Assembly: GCA_041649715.1 (NCBI GenBank)
Contig: JBAZMP010000003.1
Location: 167,690 to 231,689, forward strand
Length of the DNA stretch: 64,000 nt
From: Patescibacteria group bacterium
GTDB taxonomy: Bacteria > Patescibacteriota > Patescibacteriia > JAXHNJ01
Reading direction: 5' to 3'
This document shows, piece by piece, positions 45,367-55,371 of this stretch (positions within the stretch are counted from its first letter, which is position 1; each line of letters begins with the position of its first letter). Both the position numbers and the translations under genes were made by a program. Below the pieces are notes generated by a model. The model was not told where the DNA came from, did not search any database, and was given only the letters and a program-made list of their open reading frames with translations.

Positions 45367-46230
45367 TTAGTAACAGGTCAAAAGCGCTTTTTTCCGCTCA
45401 CAAATAACCTCACCATCTGTATCTGTCCTAAAAATACGCGCTCCGATTTTTTCCAATCTTTGTAAAGTAATCAAATGGGGGTGGCCGAAACGATTATTTT
45501 TTCCGACCTGGAAAACCGCATATGAAGGCGATAGTTGAGTTAAAAAGGGCGGACTTGAGGAATATTTTGAGCCATGATGCCCCACTTTTAGCACTTCAAC
45601 TCCGCTAATCAAATCGGCGGCTAACATCTCTTTTTCCTCTTCCGCCCGGCTGTCGCCGGTAAATAAAAAAGAGTAAGAACCGTCAATAAGTTCGGTGACA
45701 ATCGAAGTATCGTTTAAATTTTCAAACTTTTGGCCGGTTATATCCGTCAGGGGATATAAAGTTTTAAGATATGTATTTTCCCCTAAATTGAACCGGTCAC
45801 CGTTTACGGTTTTTTCCAAAGGAATCTTTTTTTCTTGAGTTACCCTTAACCAGTCCTGATAATCGGCTCCCGTATAATCAATTTGAGAATCAATTATTCT
45901 TTCAACCTTGTAACTTTTTAAAACTTCGATCAACCCCTGCAAATGGTCAGTGTGCGGATGCGTTAAGATCACTAACTCGATTTTCCGGTCCCAAAAAGGC
46001 AGATGCTTGCCCAAACCGGAGAGAACTTTTTTATCCGGGCCGCCGTCGATCAGGACATCAATATTACCAGGCGCTTGAATTAAAATGGCATCGCCCTGCC
46101 CGACATCTAAAAAAACCACCTTGACATTCCGGCTGTATTGGCTAAATAAAATTATTAAAAAAATTGAAATAACTAATACAATAACCAGGATTATAAAAGA
46201 AATTTTTTTGTAACTTTTCATATTTGACAA
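45367..46230 (-). CDS. ComEC-type metallo-beta-lactamase domain protein (separately encoded C-terminal module of ComEC/Rec2)
   Basis: N-terminal TM, VVFLDVGQGDAILIQ, HPHTDHLQG (HxHxDH), VGHHGSK motifs. Confidence 0.7.
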   Translation of the reverse strand: MSNMKSYKKISFIILVIVLVISIFLIILFSQYSRNVKVVFLDVGQGDAILIQAPGNIDVLIDGGPDKKVLSGLGKHLPFWDRKIELVILTHPHTDHLQGLIEVLKSYKVERIIDSQIDYTGADYQDWLRVTQEKKIPLEKTVNGDRFNLGENTYLKTLYPLTDITGQKFENLNDTSIVTELIDGSYSFLFTGDSRAEEEKEMLAADLISGVEVLKVGHHGSKYSSSPPFLTQLSPSYAVFQVGKNNRFGHPHLITLQRLEKIGARIFRTDTDGEVICERKKALLTCY

Positions 46231-46346
46231 CTTATTAATGAGATGATACTTTTTAAGTCTCGGTTATTCGTCTTTAGAGCGTTCCTGCCGCTCTTTAAAA
46301 TATAACATAAATCATCGTTTTTTTCTTTTTCTTGAGGAGGCCTAAG

Positions 46347-47447
46347 ATGAATATCACGTTGACGTTAGTGAAGGCTGACATTGGTTCTCTCGGCGGCCAT
46401 ATCAAGCCATCGGAAAAACTCCTGGCCACGGTCACGGACATCATTGACTCATCCTACCAAAGCGACAATCTTCTTTCCTACCGCGTCACCCACACGGGTG
46501 ACGATATCGCGATTCTTATGGTTCACCCGCACGGGGTAAACAACGTCCACATCCACGGCCTCGCGCTGGAAGCCTTCAAGGCCGGTACCAAGATAGCCAA
46601 GAAACAGGGGCTGTACGGCGCCGGCCAAGATCTGCTGAAAGACGCTTTCAGCGGCAACATCAGAGGCATGGGTCCGGCTATCGCGGAAATGACTTTTGAG
46701 GAAAGACCCAACGAGCCTTTCCTGGTCTTTGCCGCGGACAAGACCGACCCAGGTGCCTACAACCTCCCCCTCTATCTCGGCTTTGCCGATCCCATGCACT
46801 GCTCCGGTTTGCTGCTGAGCGAAAAAATGGGCCAGGGTTTCAAATACACGATTATGGATGTCTCCCACACCGAGGGTGACCGCGTCATCGAACTCAATAC
46901 TCCGGAAGATCTATACTTATTGGCGGCTCTCCTGCGGGACAACGAGCGTTTCGTCGTCGAGACAATCAACTCACGGGCCACCGGCGAAATCGCGGCCGTC
47001 GTTTCCACCACTCGTCTCCACAACATTGCCGGCAAATACACCGGTAAAGACGACCCCATCGCCATCGTGCGCGTCCAGGGCGCTTTCCCGGCCACCGGCG
47101 AAATCCTTTCACCCTATACCCTCGGGCATTTTGTCGCCGGCTTCATGCGCGGCAGCCACAACGGACCCCTGATGCCAGTCAAGCAAAACAGCTCTATTTC
47201 CTTTTTCGACGGACCGCCGGTGGTCAGCTGCGCCGCTTACTGCGTTAAGGAGGGAATACTCACCGAAGCGGCGGATACCTTTGACCATCCCTTCTGGGAT
47301 TATATCCGGCATCAAATCTCCCAGAAAGCGCTGGAAATCCGCCGACAGGGTTTTTCCGGACCGGCCATGCTCGATATCAGAGAACTTGAGTATGGGGGGA
47401 TTAAGAACGTACTTGCCACGCTAGAAGAGCGGTTCAAAGTCCGCTAG
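46347..47447 (+). CDS. fbp: fructose-1,6-bisphosphate aldolase/phosphatase (class V, archaeal-type bifunctional FBPase)
   Basis: N-terminus NITLTLVKADIGSLGGH (cf. TISVIKADIGGxxGH) and overall length ~370 aa; GGAGG SD 7 nt upstream; ~58% GC. Confidence 0.7.
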   Translation: MNITLTLVKADIGSLGGHIKPSEKLLATVTDIIDSSYQSDNLLSYRVTHTGDDIAILMVHPHGVNNVHIHGLALEAFKAGTKIAKKQGLYGAGQDLLKDAFSGNIRGMGPAIAEMTFEERPNEPFLVFAADKTDPGAYNLPLYLGFADPMHCSGLLLSEKMGQGFKYTIMDVSHTEGDRVIELNTPEDLYLLAALLRDNERFVVETINSRATGEIAAVVSTTRLHNIAGKYTGKDDPIAIVRVQGAFPATGEILSPYTLGHFVAGFMRGSHNGPLMPVKQNSSISFFDGPPVVSCAAYCVKEGILTEAADTFDHPFWDYIRHQISQKALEIRRQGFSGPAMLDIRELEYGGIKNVLATLEERFKVR

Positions 47448-47457
47448 AAAAATCGTA

Positions 47458-48948
47458 TTATTTGCCGTCTACCGCAGGTAGACGGCTTTTTATAAGTTTA
47501 AAAAATGCAAACATTATTAAATAAATTAAAAAGATAATCAAAACATTTAAATGACTGAAGCTTATAGCCGCCCAGGAATGATTGGCAAAAAAATGACATA
47601 GGCTAGTGATGTATTTTAATAATAAATAACAAAGCCAGAATAAAAGTTGGCCGATGGGCCAAAATATCAGGGAAACAAATGTGGCCGCCAAACCTAAAGT
47701 CAAAAGCAGGGAAAAAATCGGCAAGATCAAAACATTAGCCAGCGGCGAGATCAAAGAAATAATCTTGAAGTTATAAATAATGATCGGCAGAGTAAAAACC
47801 TGGGCAGACAAAGTCATAACCAACGAGCTTTTTATTTCTAAAAGTTCCGGGAGGAATTTCAATATTTTCTCCAACCAAGGCGAAATATATATTAAACCCA
47901 AAACCGCCAAAAAAGAAAGCTGAAAGCCGACATCGTGCTTTAAAAGCTGGGGGTTAAATAAAAGCATTGCCACGGCGGCTAAGATTATGGCATTAAGACT
48001 GTGGTTTAACCTGCCCAAAGACATGGCCCACAAGACCAAAAAAGCCATAACAGACGCCCTGACCGCCGAAGCCGGCAAGCCGATCAATACGGTAAATAAA
48101 AAGAGAACCGCGCTCGCCAGCCAAAAAGCCTGTTTTCTTCTTAAGCCGATTGCTAAAGAGAAATTCATTAAAAGCCCGGCGATAATGGTCATGTTCTGGC
48201 CGGAAATCGCCATGATATGCGTGATCCCCGTGCGGGAAAAATCTGCGGCGACCGCGGCCGGCAATTTTGTCTTAATGCCAAACGACAAGGCTGCAAAAAA
48301 TGAGCTTTCCGGCTCCGGTATTCCCCTTTTTATGCTTTCGGCGAATTTTTCTTTCACGGAGTAAATTACTTCTAAAAAAGCATTGCCCTGATAAACGGCC
48401 AATTTTTCAATCCTGGGCTTATAACTGACCAGGTATATTTTGAAACGGGCCAAATAAGCTGGATAATCAAAATCTTGGATTTTTTCCGGCCTTTGGATTT
48501 TACCGCTCACTTTAACCAGATCACCGTATTGATAGACCGGATTCAAATCGCTGGTAATCAAAAAATTCAGGCCGATCAATTCAGGAGGCCCTAACTTAAT
48601 TTTCACTTTGATTTTTCTTATCTGTTCGCTTTCCTCGGTTTCCTCGTAAACCAAACCGGTGATTTCAATTTTTTCCTTTAACAAATCTTCCGGAATAATC
48701 GGCTCTTCGGATATGCTCAATGTATAGCGGCCCAGCCCTAATATGATAAATAAAAAACAAAAACCTGCGATTTTTATTTTTCGCACCGGCCAAAAAAATA
48801 TCAAGATAATTAAAGTCAGAACAAGCGCCATGAATATATAATAAATGGAAACGGCGAAAAATGACCGGCCGGCAATTCCGGCGATAAAGGAAATAAGAAA
48901 TAAAAGAAATATTTTTGATTTAGAAAAATAATTCATTAATAAGCTCAT
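47458..48948 (-). CDS. comEC: ComEC/Rec2 competence membrane channel, N-terminal (DUF4131 + competence domain) module
   Basis: Polytopic membrane protein with conserved MAISGQNMTIIAG and SAVRASVMA competence-domain motifs; 5' end overlaps tnpA stop by 29 nt so true start may be an internal Met. Confidence 0.7.
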   Translation of the reverse strand: MSLLMNYFSKSKIFLLFLISFIAGIAGRSFFAVSIYYIFMALVLTLIILIFFWPVRKIKIAGFCFLFIILGLGRYTLSISEEPIIPEDLLKEKIEITGLVYEETEESEQIRKIKVKIKLGPPELIGLNFLITSDLNPVYQYGDLVKVSGKIQRPEKIQDFDYPAYLARFKIYLVSYKPRIEKLAVYQGNAFLEVIYSVKEKFAESIKRGIPEPESSFFAALSFGIKTKLPAAVAADFSRTGITHIMAISGQNMTIIAGLLMNFSLAIGLRRKQAFWLASAVLFLFTVLIGLPASAVRASVMAFLVLWAMSLGRLNHSLNAIILAAVAMLLFNPQLLKHDVGFQLSFLAVLGLIYISPWLEKILKFLPELLEIKSSLVMTLSAQVFTLPIIIYNFKIISLISPLANVLILPIFSLLLTLGLAATFVSLIFWPIGQLLFWLCYLLLKYITSLCHFFANHSWAAISFSHLNVLIIFLIYLIMFAFFKLIKSRLPAVDGK

Positions 48949-49519
48949 TATTTAAATATAAATGAGGATATCTCGAATATTTGCCGGGCAAACCATGCTT
49001 TTCATAATTATATTTGATGTATTGAAGAATGTTATACAATCGTTTTTCGTTATCAATGATGCGGAAGTTGTAACGCGATTGCCAAAGCTCGGCAACATGA
49101 ATTTGGCGTGAAAAATTTCCTTTAATAGACTGCATCAAATCGGAAATGGTGTATCCGCGCGGGCTAGAAAGCCCGCGCTGTTTTTCTGGAAAAAGCCCGC
49201 GCTGTGGTAACGAGGAAGACTCACGCCGTATGTATGGGTAAAAACCGTGCGATGCAAAACAAAAAAAAGTCTCACCTTCCGTCCCACAGCGCGCCTTTTC
49301 TAAGGCGCGCCCGCCGTTCTTCACCAATAAATGCAAATGATCGGGCAAAATACAAAAAGCGTACAAATTAAAACCCTTTATCCTGCCTGCTTCAATGATA
49401 ATTTGATACAGAAGCTGGGCGTATTTTTCATTATCAAAGAACCAAAATCGTTCTTCGATATTGGTGGTGATAAAATATGGCAAAATAACCTGGTATATCC
49501 TTCTTTGGGTCATAAACAA
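48920..49519 (-). mobile_element. tnpA: IS200/IS605-family (HUH Y1) transposase gene tnpA with ~57-codon in-frame insertion
   Basis: HUH motif LPDHLHLLV, C-terminal ELWQSRYNFRIID...YIKYNYEKHGL with catalytic Tyr; 199 aa versus ~140 typical. Confidence 0.7.
49155..49312. repeat. GC-rich palindromic (REP/MITE-like) element inserted in-frame within tnpA
   Basis: Hairpins CGCGGGCT-agaa-AGCCCGCG (+T5), direct repeat AGCCCGCGCTG x2, inverted GCCCGCGCTGTGG / CCACAGCGCGCC, CGCGCC-ttttctaa-GGCGCG; local GC ~60% within ~38% GC gene. Confidence 0.6.
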
Positions 49520-49593
49520 AAAAGCGGCCTTCTCTAAGCCACCGTATTATCTGTCTATATACTAATTTAAAATAGGATAAAAGTCAAACAATT

Positions 49594-50689
49594 TTATCTC
49601 TCTTTGTGGCGCAGATAGCTTTCAATAAAAGCGTCTAGTTCGCCGTCCAAAACTTTGTTCACGTCTTGAGTCTCATATTTCGTCCGGTGATCCTTGACCA
49701 TCTTATAGGGCTGCATGACATAGGAGCGGATCTGGTTGCCCCAGGCCGCTTCGTGAAATTCGCCTCTGATTTTTTGCTTTTCTTTTTGCTTCTCTTTTTC
49801 TTCCAACATCAAGAGCTTACTCTTTAATATTTTCAGGGCCATTTCCCGATTTTGCTTCTGGGAGCGCTCGTTCTGGCAGGAAACGGTGATCTTGGTCGGC
49901 AAATGGACGATCCGCACGGCCGAATAGGTTGTCTGCACGCTCTGGCCGCCGTGGCCGGAAGAAAGGAAAGTATCGATGCGCAGGTCCTTCGGGTCAATTT
50001 TTATTACTTCAATTTCGTCCAGCTCCGGAATCACCTCAACTAGGGCAAAAGAGGTGTGACGCATTTTTTCCGCGTCGTAAGGGGAAATTCTTACCAAACG
50101 ATGGACGCCATTTTCTGATTTCAAAAAACCAAAAGCATAATGGCCGATAATTTCAAAAGTAACGCTTTTTATGCCGGCTTCATTACCCACGGATTTATCT
50201 AATATTTTGACCAGCCAGCCTCTTTTCTCGCAAAACCTCAAATACATACGCAGCAAAATCGCCGCCCAGTCCTGGGCGTCCACCCCGCCGGTGCCGGCAT
50301 GAATCGCCACTATGGCATTCCGCTGATCGTATTTGCCGGCCAACAAAATAAAAAACTCCAGTCTATCGAACTGCTGCTGCAATGCCTTGTATTTTTTCTC
50401 AATATCCTTTTCTAGAGAATGGGCTTTTTCTTTGATTGCTTCATGAGACAAATTTAGCAACTCTTCAATCTCCTGATGGATATTATCCCAAGTGGCGATT
50501 TCTTTCTTTAACTCTTCAAATTGCCGGCTGATTTTCTCCGCCCTCTCCCTATCCTGCCAGAAATCTTTTTCCGCGACCTGGTATTCAAAATCTTTAAGTT
50601 GATCTCTTTTCTTTTCTAGGTCAAAGAAACCCCCTCGCCTGCTCGATTTTCAGGCTCAATGACTTTATTTGCTTGACGATATTTTCCAC
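49594..50689 (-). CDS. prfB: peptide chain release factor 2, with programmed +1 frameshift (join 50689..50624, 50622..49594)
   Basis: Frame-0 leader (GTG)ENIVKQIKSLSLKIEQARGFL-TGA with internal SD AGGGGG then CTT TGA C shift site; downstream frame gives RF2 (SPY variant of SPF motif, GGQ as GHGGQSV). Confidence 0.8.
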
Positions 50690-50718
50690 AAGGATTCATT
50701 TATTTATTAATGAATGAA

Positions 50719-50775
50719 TATTATCACAAAAGAGGGCATTTATCAAATTATCCCTCTGAAATTTTCTTTTTCACG
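50719..50775 (-). terminator. terminator hairpin after two-component/ABC operon
   Basis: AGAGGG-loop-CCCTCT stem followed by T-rich tract on minus strand. Confidence 0.4.
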
Positions 50776-50790
50776 TCCAACCTAAAATGA

Positions 50791-51939
50791 CTACAGATCA
50801 ATCACAAACTCCGTTCCTTTTTTATTCTCCGGAATTCTCGCGCTAATCTTCCAGCCGTGGGCTTCCACTATTTCTTTAGCAATAGCCAGGCCTAAGCCCA
50901 AACCGCCGGTCAGCCTATTTCTTGATTTTTCCAGGCGGAAAAACCGCTCAAAAATATCCTGCAAGTGTTCCGGCGGTATGCCGACCCCGTCATCGGCAAA
51001 AATTATTTGCTTCTCATCGGCAAAAAGAGTGATATTCTGCGCTTTTGAATAGCGCAGAGCATTGTCAAAAAGATTAGTGAATACCTGGGACAAAAGCACC
51101 GCGTCCGCGTTAAGCGTGTAGTTTTCAGGTAACTCGGCTGCAAACGCCATTTTATTCTTTGCCAATTTCTCCTTATAAAAACCCATCAACTTATCTATAA
51201 TATCTTTTAAAATAATATCCTGGCGCTGAATTTTGACCGATTGGCTGCGCAAGACCGCATAATCCTGCAGGCCTTCGGTCATTTCCGTCAAACGATCAAC
51301 CTGCTCTTTTAATGACTTAATTCTCTCATTGTCTAATTTTAAAACCCCGTCCTGCAAGCCTTCCAATTGGGCGGTTAAAGAGGCTAAGGGCGTCCGCAAT
51401 TCGTGCGAAGTGTCGGAAATCAAATTTTTGCGCAGCTCTTCCACTCTTTGAAGTTCCGCCGCTAGACTGTTGAATTCCTGAATAATGGCGTTAAATTCCG
51501 CGCTTTCATTCTCATCCAGACGCAGCTGGTAATGACTCTGTCTTAGTTTTTTCAAACCGCCGCTTAATTTATTAAGGGGTTTGGTTACCGTGCGGGAAGT
51601 CAGATAGCCAATTCCGATCGCCCCTAAAAAAGCGGCTAAACCGATAATAATCAGGGAATTTTCGAAACGCGTCCGGAAATGCTCCCCCGGCGTCAGAAGT
51701 TCCCCTTTTTGGGGTCCTGGAAAAATGAAAAAAGGATCATCGGAATACGGCATCCTTTCGGGGGGAAAAATGTTAGGTCCGGTAAAAAGGCCGTAAACAT
51801 CAGTAAAAATCCTTTCTCCGCGGCTCATGGCGAAAATATTCACAAAAATTAAAAGACTGGCTACCAACAATATAATCAGAAGAGCGACTTTAAAACCGAT
51901 TTTATTAATATATTTAAGAAAATCCTTTATTTTATTCAT
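50791..51939 (-). CDS. sensor histidine kinase (2 TM, HisKA + HATPase_c)
   Basis: H-box SHELRTPLASL, N/G boxes FDNALRYS, DDGVGIP, GGLGLGLAIAK. Confidence 0.8.
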   Translation of the reverse strand: MNKIKDFLKYINKIGFKVALLIILLVASLLIFVNIFAMSRGERIFTDVYGLFTGPNIFPPERMPYSDDPFFIFPGPQKGELLTPGEHFRTRFENSLIIIGLAAFLGAIGIGYLTSRTVTKPLNKLSGGLKKLRQSHYQLRLDENESAEFNAIIQEFNSLAAELQRVEELRKNLISDTSHELRTPLASLTAQLEGLQDGVLKLDNERIKSLKEQVDRLTEMTEGLQDYAVLRSQSVKIQRQDIILKDIIDKLMGFYKEKLAKNKMAFAAELPENYTLNADAVLLSQVFTNLFDNALRYSKAQNITLFADEKQIIFADDGVGIPPEHLQDIFERFFRLEKSRNRLTGGLGLGLAIAKEIVEAHGWKISARIPENKKGTEFVIDL

Positions 51940-52601
51940 AAATTATATTTATAGCCCGTGCCAATGACGGTTAAAATGTATTTGGGGTTTTGGGAATCAT
52001 CCTCAATTAATTTCCTAAGCGATTTAATATGGGCGTCAATCGTCCTTTCCATCGCTTGCCGGCTAGAACCGTCGCCGTCAATCGCCTCCAATAAGGCCGG
52101 CCGGGTAAAAACCTTGCCTGGCTGCCGGATTAAAGCATTGAGGATTTTAAATTGCGTGGTGGTCAAGATTATTTCCTGGTCACCTTTTCTGGCGATCATT
52201 TTTTCTTCGTCAAGCGCTAACCCGCCGGCCCGTGGCACCGACACCAATGGCTGACGTAATCTGGCCTTCACCCGGGCCACCAGCACTTTTGGCGAAAAAG
52301 GTTTTTTAATGTAATCATCCGCGCCGATCGTCAAGCCTTTTAGCTCGTCGGGTTCCTCAATCCTGGCCGTCACCATAATGATCGGCACTTTTGATTTCTG
52401 CCTGATATTCCGACAAACCTCTAGACCATCCCGGTTAGGCAAATTTAGATCCAAAATCACCAGGTCAAAAGTATCGTTAAATTTCACCATGGCCACTTCT
52501 CCGCTCCCTGCTTCGTCCACGCTAAAACCGGCAAGTTCCAGATATTTTTTCATAACCTCGCGGATGGATTCTTCGTCTTCAACTATTAATATCTTGCTCA
52601 T
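51936..52601 (-). CDS. OmpR-family response regulator
   Basis: Receiver domain ILIVEDEESI...DLVILDLNLP, winged-helix C-terminus. Confidence 0.85.
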   Translation of the reverse strand: MSKILIVEDEESIREVMKKYLELAGFSVDEAGSGEVAMVKFNDTFDLVILDLNLPNRDGLEVCRNIRQKSKVPIIMVTARIEEPDELKGLTIGADDYIKKPFSPKVLVARVKARLRQPLVSVPRAGGLALDEEKMIARKGDQEIILTTTQFKILNALIRQPGKVFTRPALLEAIDGDGSSRQAMERTIDAHIKSLRKLIEDDSQNPKYILTVIGTGYKYNL

Positions 52602-52622
52602 ATTCTGTCTTATTTAATCCTA

Positions 52623-53291
52623 TTACCTGTCCGAGGTTATTTTACCATCTTTGATAATAATCGTCTTGTCCGCGTATTTCTTCACATAATCAGAGTGGCT
52701 GATCAGGATAATTGTTTTATGATGTTTTTTGTTAAGCTGGCCTAAAAAGCCGATTATTTCCTCTCCGCTATGACTATCCAGATTGCCGGTCGGCTCGTCC
52801 GCCAGGATAATTTCCGGGTCGTTAACCAGGGCTCTCGCGATGGCCACTCTCTGCTGTTCACCGCCGGAAAGCTTGCTCGGCAGATGATCAGCGCGGCCCT
52901 CCAAACCCACCGGCTTCAAAGCCTCGATGACTCTTTTTTTATCGTGTTTCGTCCGCTTGGCCATCACCGCTTCGACATTTTGAGCCGCGGTTAAGGTGGG
53001 TATCAGATTAAAATTCTGGAAAATAAAACCGAGGTGCTCGCGCCGGAGTTTAGTCAGCTTGCCATCACTGGCTTTTGTTAAATTAAGACCTAATACTTCA
53101 ATCTCTCCTTTGTCAGGCCGGTCCAGGCCTCCCAATAGCTGCATCAGAGTGCTTTTACCTGAACCGGAAGGGCCGATGACCGCCAAAAATTCCCCTTTTT
53201 CTATCTCCAGATCAACTTCATCCACCGCTTTAATAATCTTTGTCCCCTGCTGAAATATTTTTGAGATTTTTTTCGCTTTGATAATAGGCAT
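52623..53291 (-). CDS. ABC transporter ATP-binding protein (MacB/FtsE-like)
   Basis: Walker [10 protein letters not shown], signature [15 protein letters not shown], Walker [12 protein letters not shown]. Confidence 0.85.
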   Translation of the reverse strand: MPIIKAKKISKIFQQGTKIIKAVDEVDLEIEKGEFLAVIGPSGSGKSTLMQLLGGLDRPDKGEIEVLGLNLTKASDGKLTKLRREHLGFIFQNFNLIPTLTAAQNVEAVMAKRTKHDKKRVIEALKPVGLEGRADHLPSKLSGGEQQRVAIARALVNDPEIILADEPTGNLDSHSGEEIIGFLGQLNKKHHKTIILISHSDYVKKYADKTIIIKDGKITSDR

Positions 53292-53306
53292 GTCAATATT
53301 TTTAAT

Positions 53307-54965
53307 TTATTCAAGGTGCCGCAAGGCTTCCTGCGGTTTCATTTTTGACGATTTAAGCGCGGCGAGACTGCCGGCCACAATCGCGCCGACCAGCGCGACC
53401 AAAGTGCCGAGCAGCAAAATAGAATAATCCAGGGCGATTTTTAAAGGAACGGAAGTAGTCACGCCCGCGTTTTCCTCTGTACCCATAAACCGCCGGACAA
53501 AACCAAAGCCGCCGGGCCCGCCGATATCACTTGTCTGACCAATGGTCGCGGTAAGAGAAATATTAAAGTGATTTAAAAGAACGATCGCCCCTAAAGCCAA
53601 ACCCAGGCCCAAAGCGGCGCCAATCACTCCGATCACGATATTTTCCCCGATAATCTGCCGGACAATCAAAGAATTTTTCCAGCCAATCGCCTTTAGTGTG
53701 CCGATTTCCCTCACCCGTTTGTTAACCGAAAAAACAGTCAGCAGGCTGACAATGATGAAAGAAGCGATTACGACGATTATGGTCGTTACTCCGATGAATT
53801 TGTTGGTCAGATTGGCGGCGCTGACCAGGCTGCCCGTCACTTCCCTGGCTGTATCAGATGAATCCGTCACGGTCGCGCCGGTAAAAGCGGACGAGAGTTT
53901 TTCGCTGGTCTGCGCCACGTCTTTGGCGTTGGCAGCCTTGACCAGCATGACATTGATCCGGCTTTCCCGGCCGGCCAGTTTTTGCAAATCCGCCAAAGAA
54001 AGATAAAGATCCGCCGTGTTGGTGTAAAGTTTCGGCGTCACCAGGCCGACCACGGTTAATTCCTGCTTGGCCAGAGTGATTTTATCGCCCAGCTTGATAC
54101 TGTTTTTATCCGCGTAGGACTGGTTGACCACGACCTGGTTTTCCCCATTGAAATAACTACCGCTGGTGATTTGGTCCGGTAAAATCAAACCGATATCGGT
54201 CTTAGTCGTGTCCACGCCGGCCACCGTAAAATTAGTCGTGGTGATATCCGTGGAAATCGCTCCGATATCCTGCTTATAGGTGCGGGTGGGAGCGGTAAAG
54301 CGGAATGTCATGCTGCGGAAACGTTCCGGCATGGCGTTTCTCTCCGCCTCGCGGACATATTGCCGGCCTTCTTCAGAGCGCGGATCAATGCCTTTGGCTT
54401 TAAGTTCGTTTTCCGCCTTCGTCCGGGCGGCGTCCACGGCCGCTCTTTCCGCGTCCGTCATCTCGGCTATCTCTTGGTTCACTTCAAACTGCTCCCCGCC
54501 CGTGGTAATTTCCGCCGTCACCTGGGGGATCTTTCCCTCCTGATGAGTAACATTCAAAATAAGGCCGGCCGCGGCGTTGGCCACCAGACTTGAATCCAAT
54601 TTAGTTATTTCCGCCGCGTCATAAGTCAAAAGCGTGCCCGGCAAAAAAGAATCACTGGTAAACTGGTCGCCGGGATTGCCCAATTTGGAGAGGTCAGTCG
54701 AAATCTGATTTTCTTTCATCATGTCCGCACGGGTGGTTTCATCCAAACTTTCTATATTGTCCTGATTGACCGTCCGGGTGACCATGATGTCCGTGCCGAC
54801 ATTCTGCAGAGGATTCAAGACTTTGTCCTGTTCGGCCGACAAGCTCTGGGAAAGAGAAAGAATCGTGATGATAATGGCGCTGGCCATGGCCAAGCCCAAA
54901 GATACCGTCAAAGTCTTTCCCCACCGCCGAGTCAATTCAGCCCATAAATAACGCAGATAAAACAT
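53307..54965 (-). CDS. ABC transporter permease, FtsX/MacB type with large extracytoplasmic domain
   Basis: N-terminal TM, ~300-aa extracellular region, C-terminal FtsX 3-TM bundle. Confidence 0.75.
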   Translation of the reverse strand: MFYLRYLWAELTRRWGKTLTVSLGLAMASAIIITILSLSQSLSAEQDKVLNPLQNVGTDIMVTRTVNQDNIESLDETTRADMMKENQISTDLSKLGNPGDQFTSDSFLPGTLLTYDAAEITKLDSSLVANAAAGLILNVTHQEGKIPQVTAEITTGGEQFEVNQEIAEMTDAERAAVDAARTKAENELKAKGIDPRSEEGRQYVREAERNAMPERFRSMTFRFTAPTRTYKQDIGAISTDITTTNFTVAGVDTTKTDIGLILPDQITSGSYFNGENQVVVNQSYADKNSIKLGDKITLAKQELTVVGLVTPKLYTNTADLYLSLADLQKLAGRESRINVMLVKAANAKDVAQTSEKLSSAFTGATVTDSSDTAREVTGSLVSAANLTNKFIGVTTIIVVIASFIIVSLLTVFSVNKRVREIGTLKAIGWKNSLIVRQIIGENIVIGVIGAALGLGLALGAIVLLNHFNISLTATIGQTSDIGGPGGFGFVRRFMGTEENAGVTTSVPLKIALDYSILLLGTLVALVGAIVAGSLAALKSSKMKPQEALRHLE

Positions 54966-55337
54966 AGTCTTTTTATTTTATTTATTAAATATTCACAGGT
55001 TTAGTATAACCCTGCTGTTTGAATTTGGCGTGAATTTTTTTACAACCTTAAATAATATTAAAAAACATGATAAGAATAGAATTTTATAATATATATACTG
55101 AAAAACAGAAGGGGTAATGACAATTTTTTAAATGTATGCTACCATTGGATATACAAAATTAGACGGCACATATTGTTTGTTTGCCGGGGTATCCAGCGCT
55201 GCTTGGGTGTTTTAAACACTAGCCTTAAAAAGGCACGAGCAAAACCTGGCCCCGGCCCTTTTTTTATGTAAAGATACCGACTGCACCGCCAGATTAAAAG
55301 TATAAAAAAGCGCAGGCGATAAGTCGCCCGTGCTTAA

Positions 55338-55370
55338 TATTTTAATATCTCAATCGCTTAATATCTTCCG
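55338..55370. repeat. intergenic repeat family copy R3
   Basis: CTTAATATTTTAATATCTCAATCGCTTAATATCTTCC immediately after htrA stop; shares core with R1/R2. Confidence 0.55.
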
Positions 55371-55371
55371 C

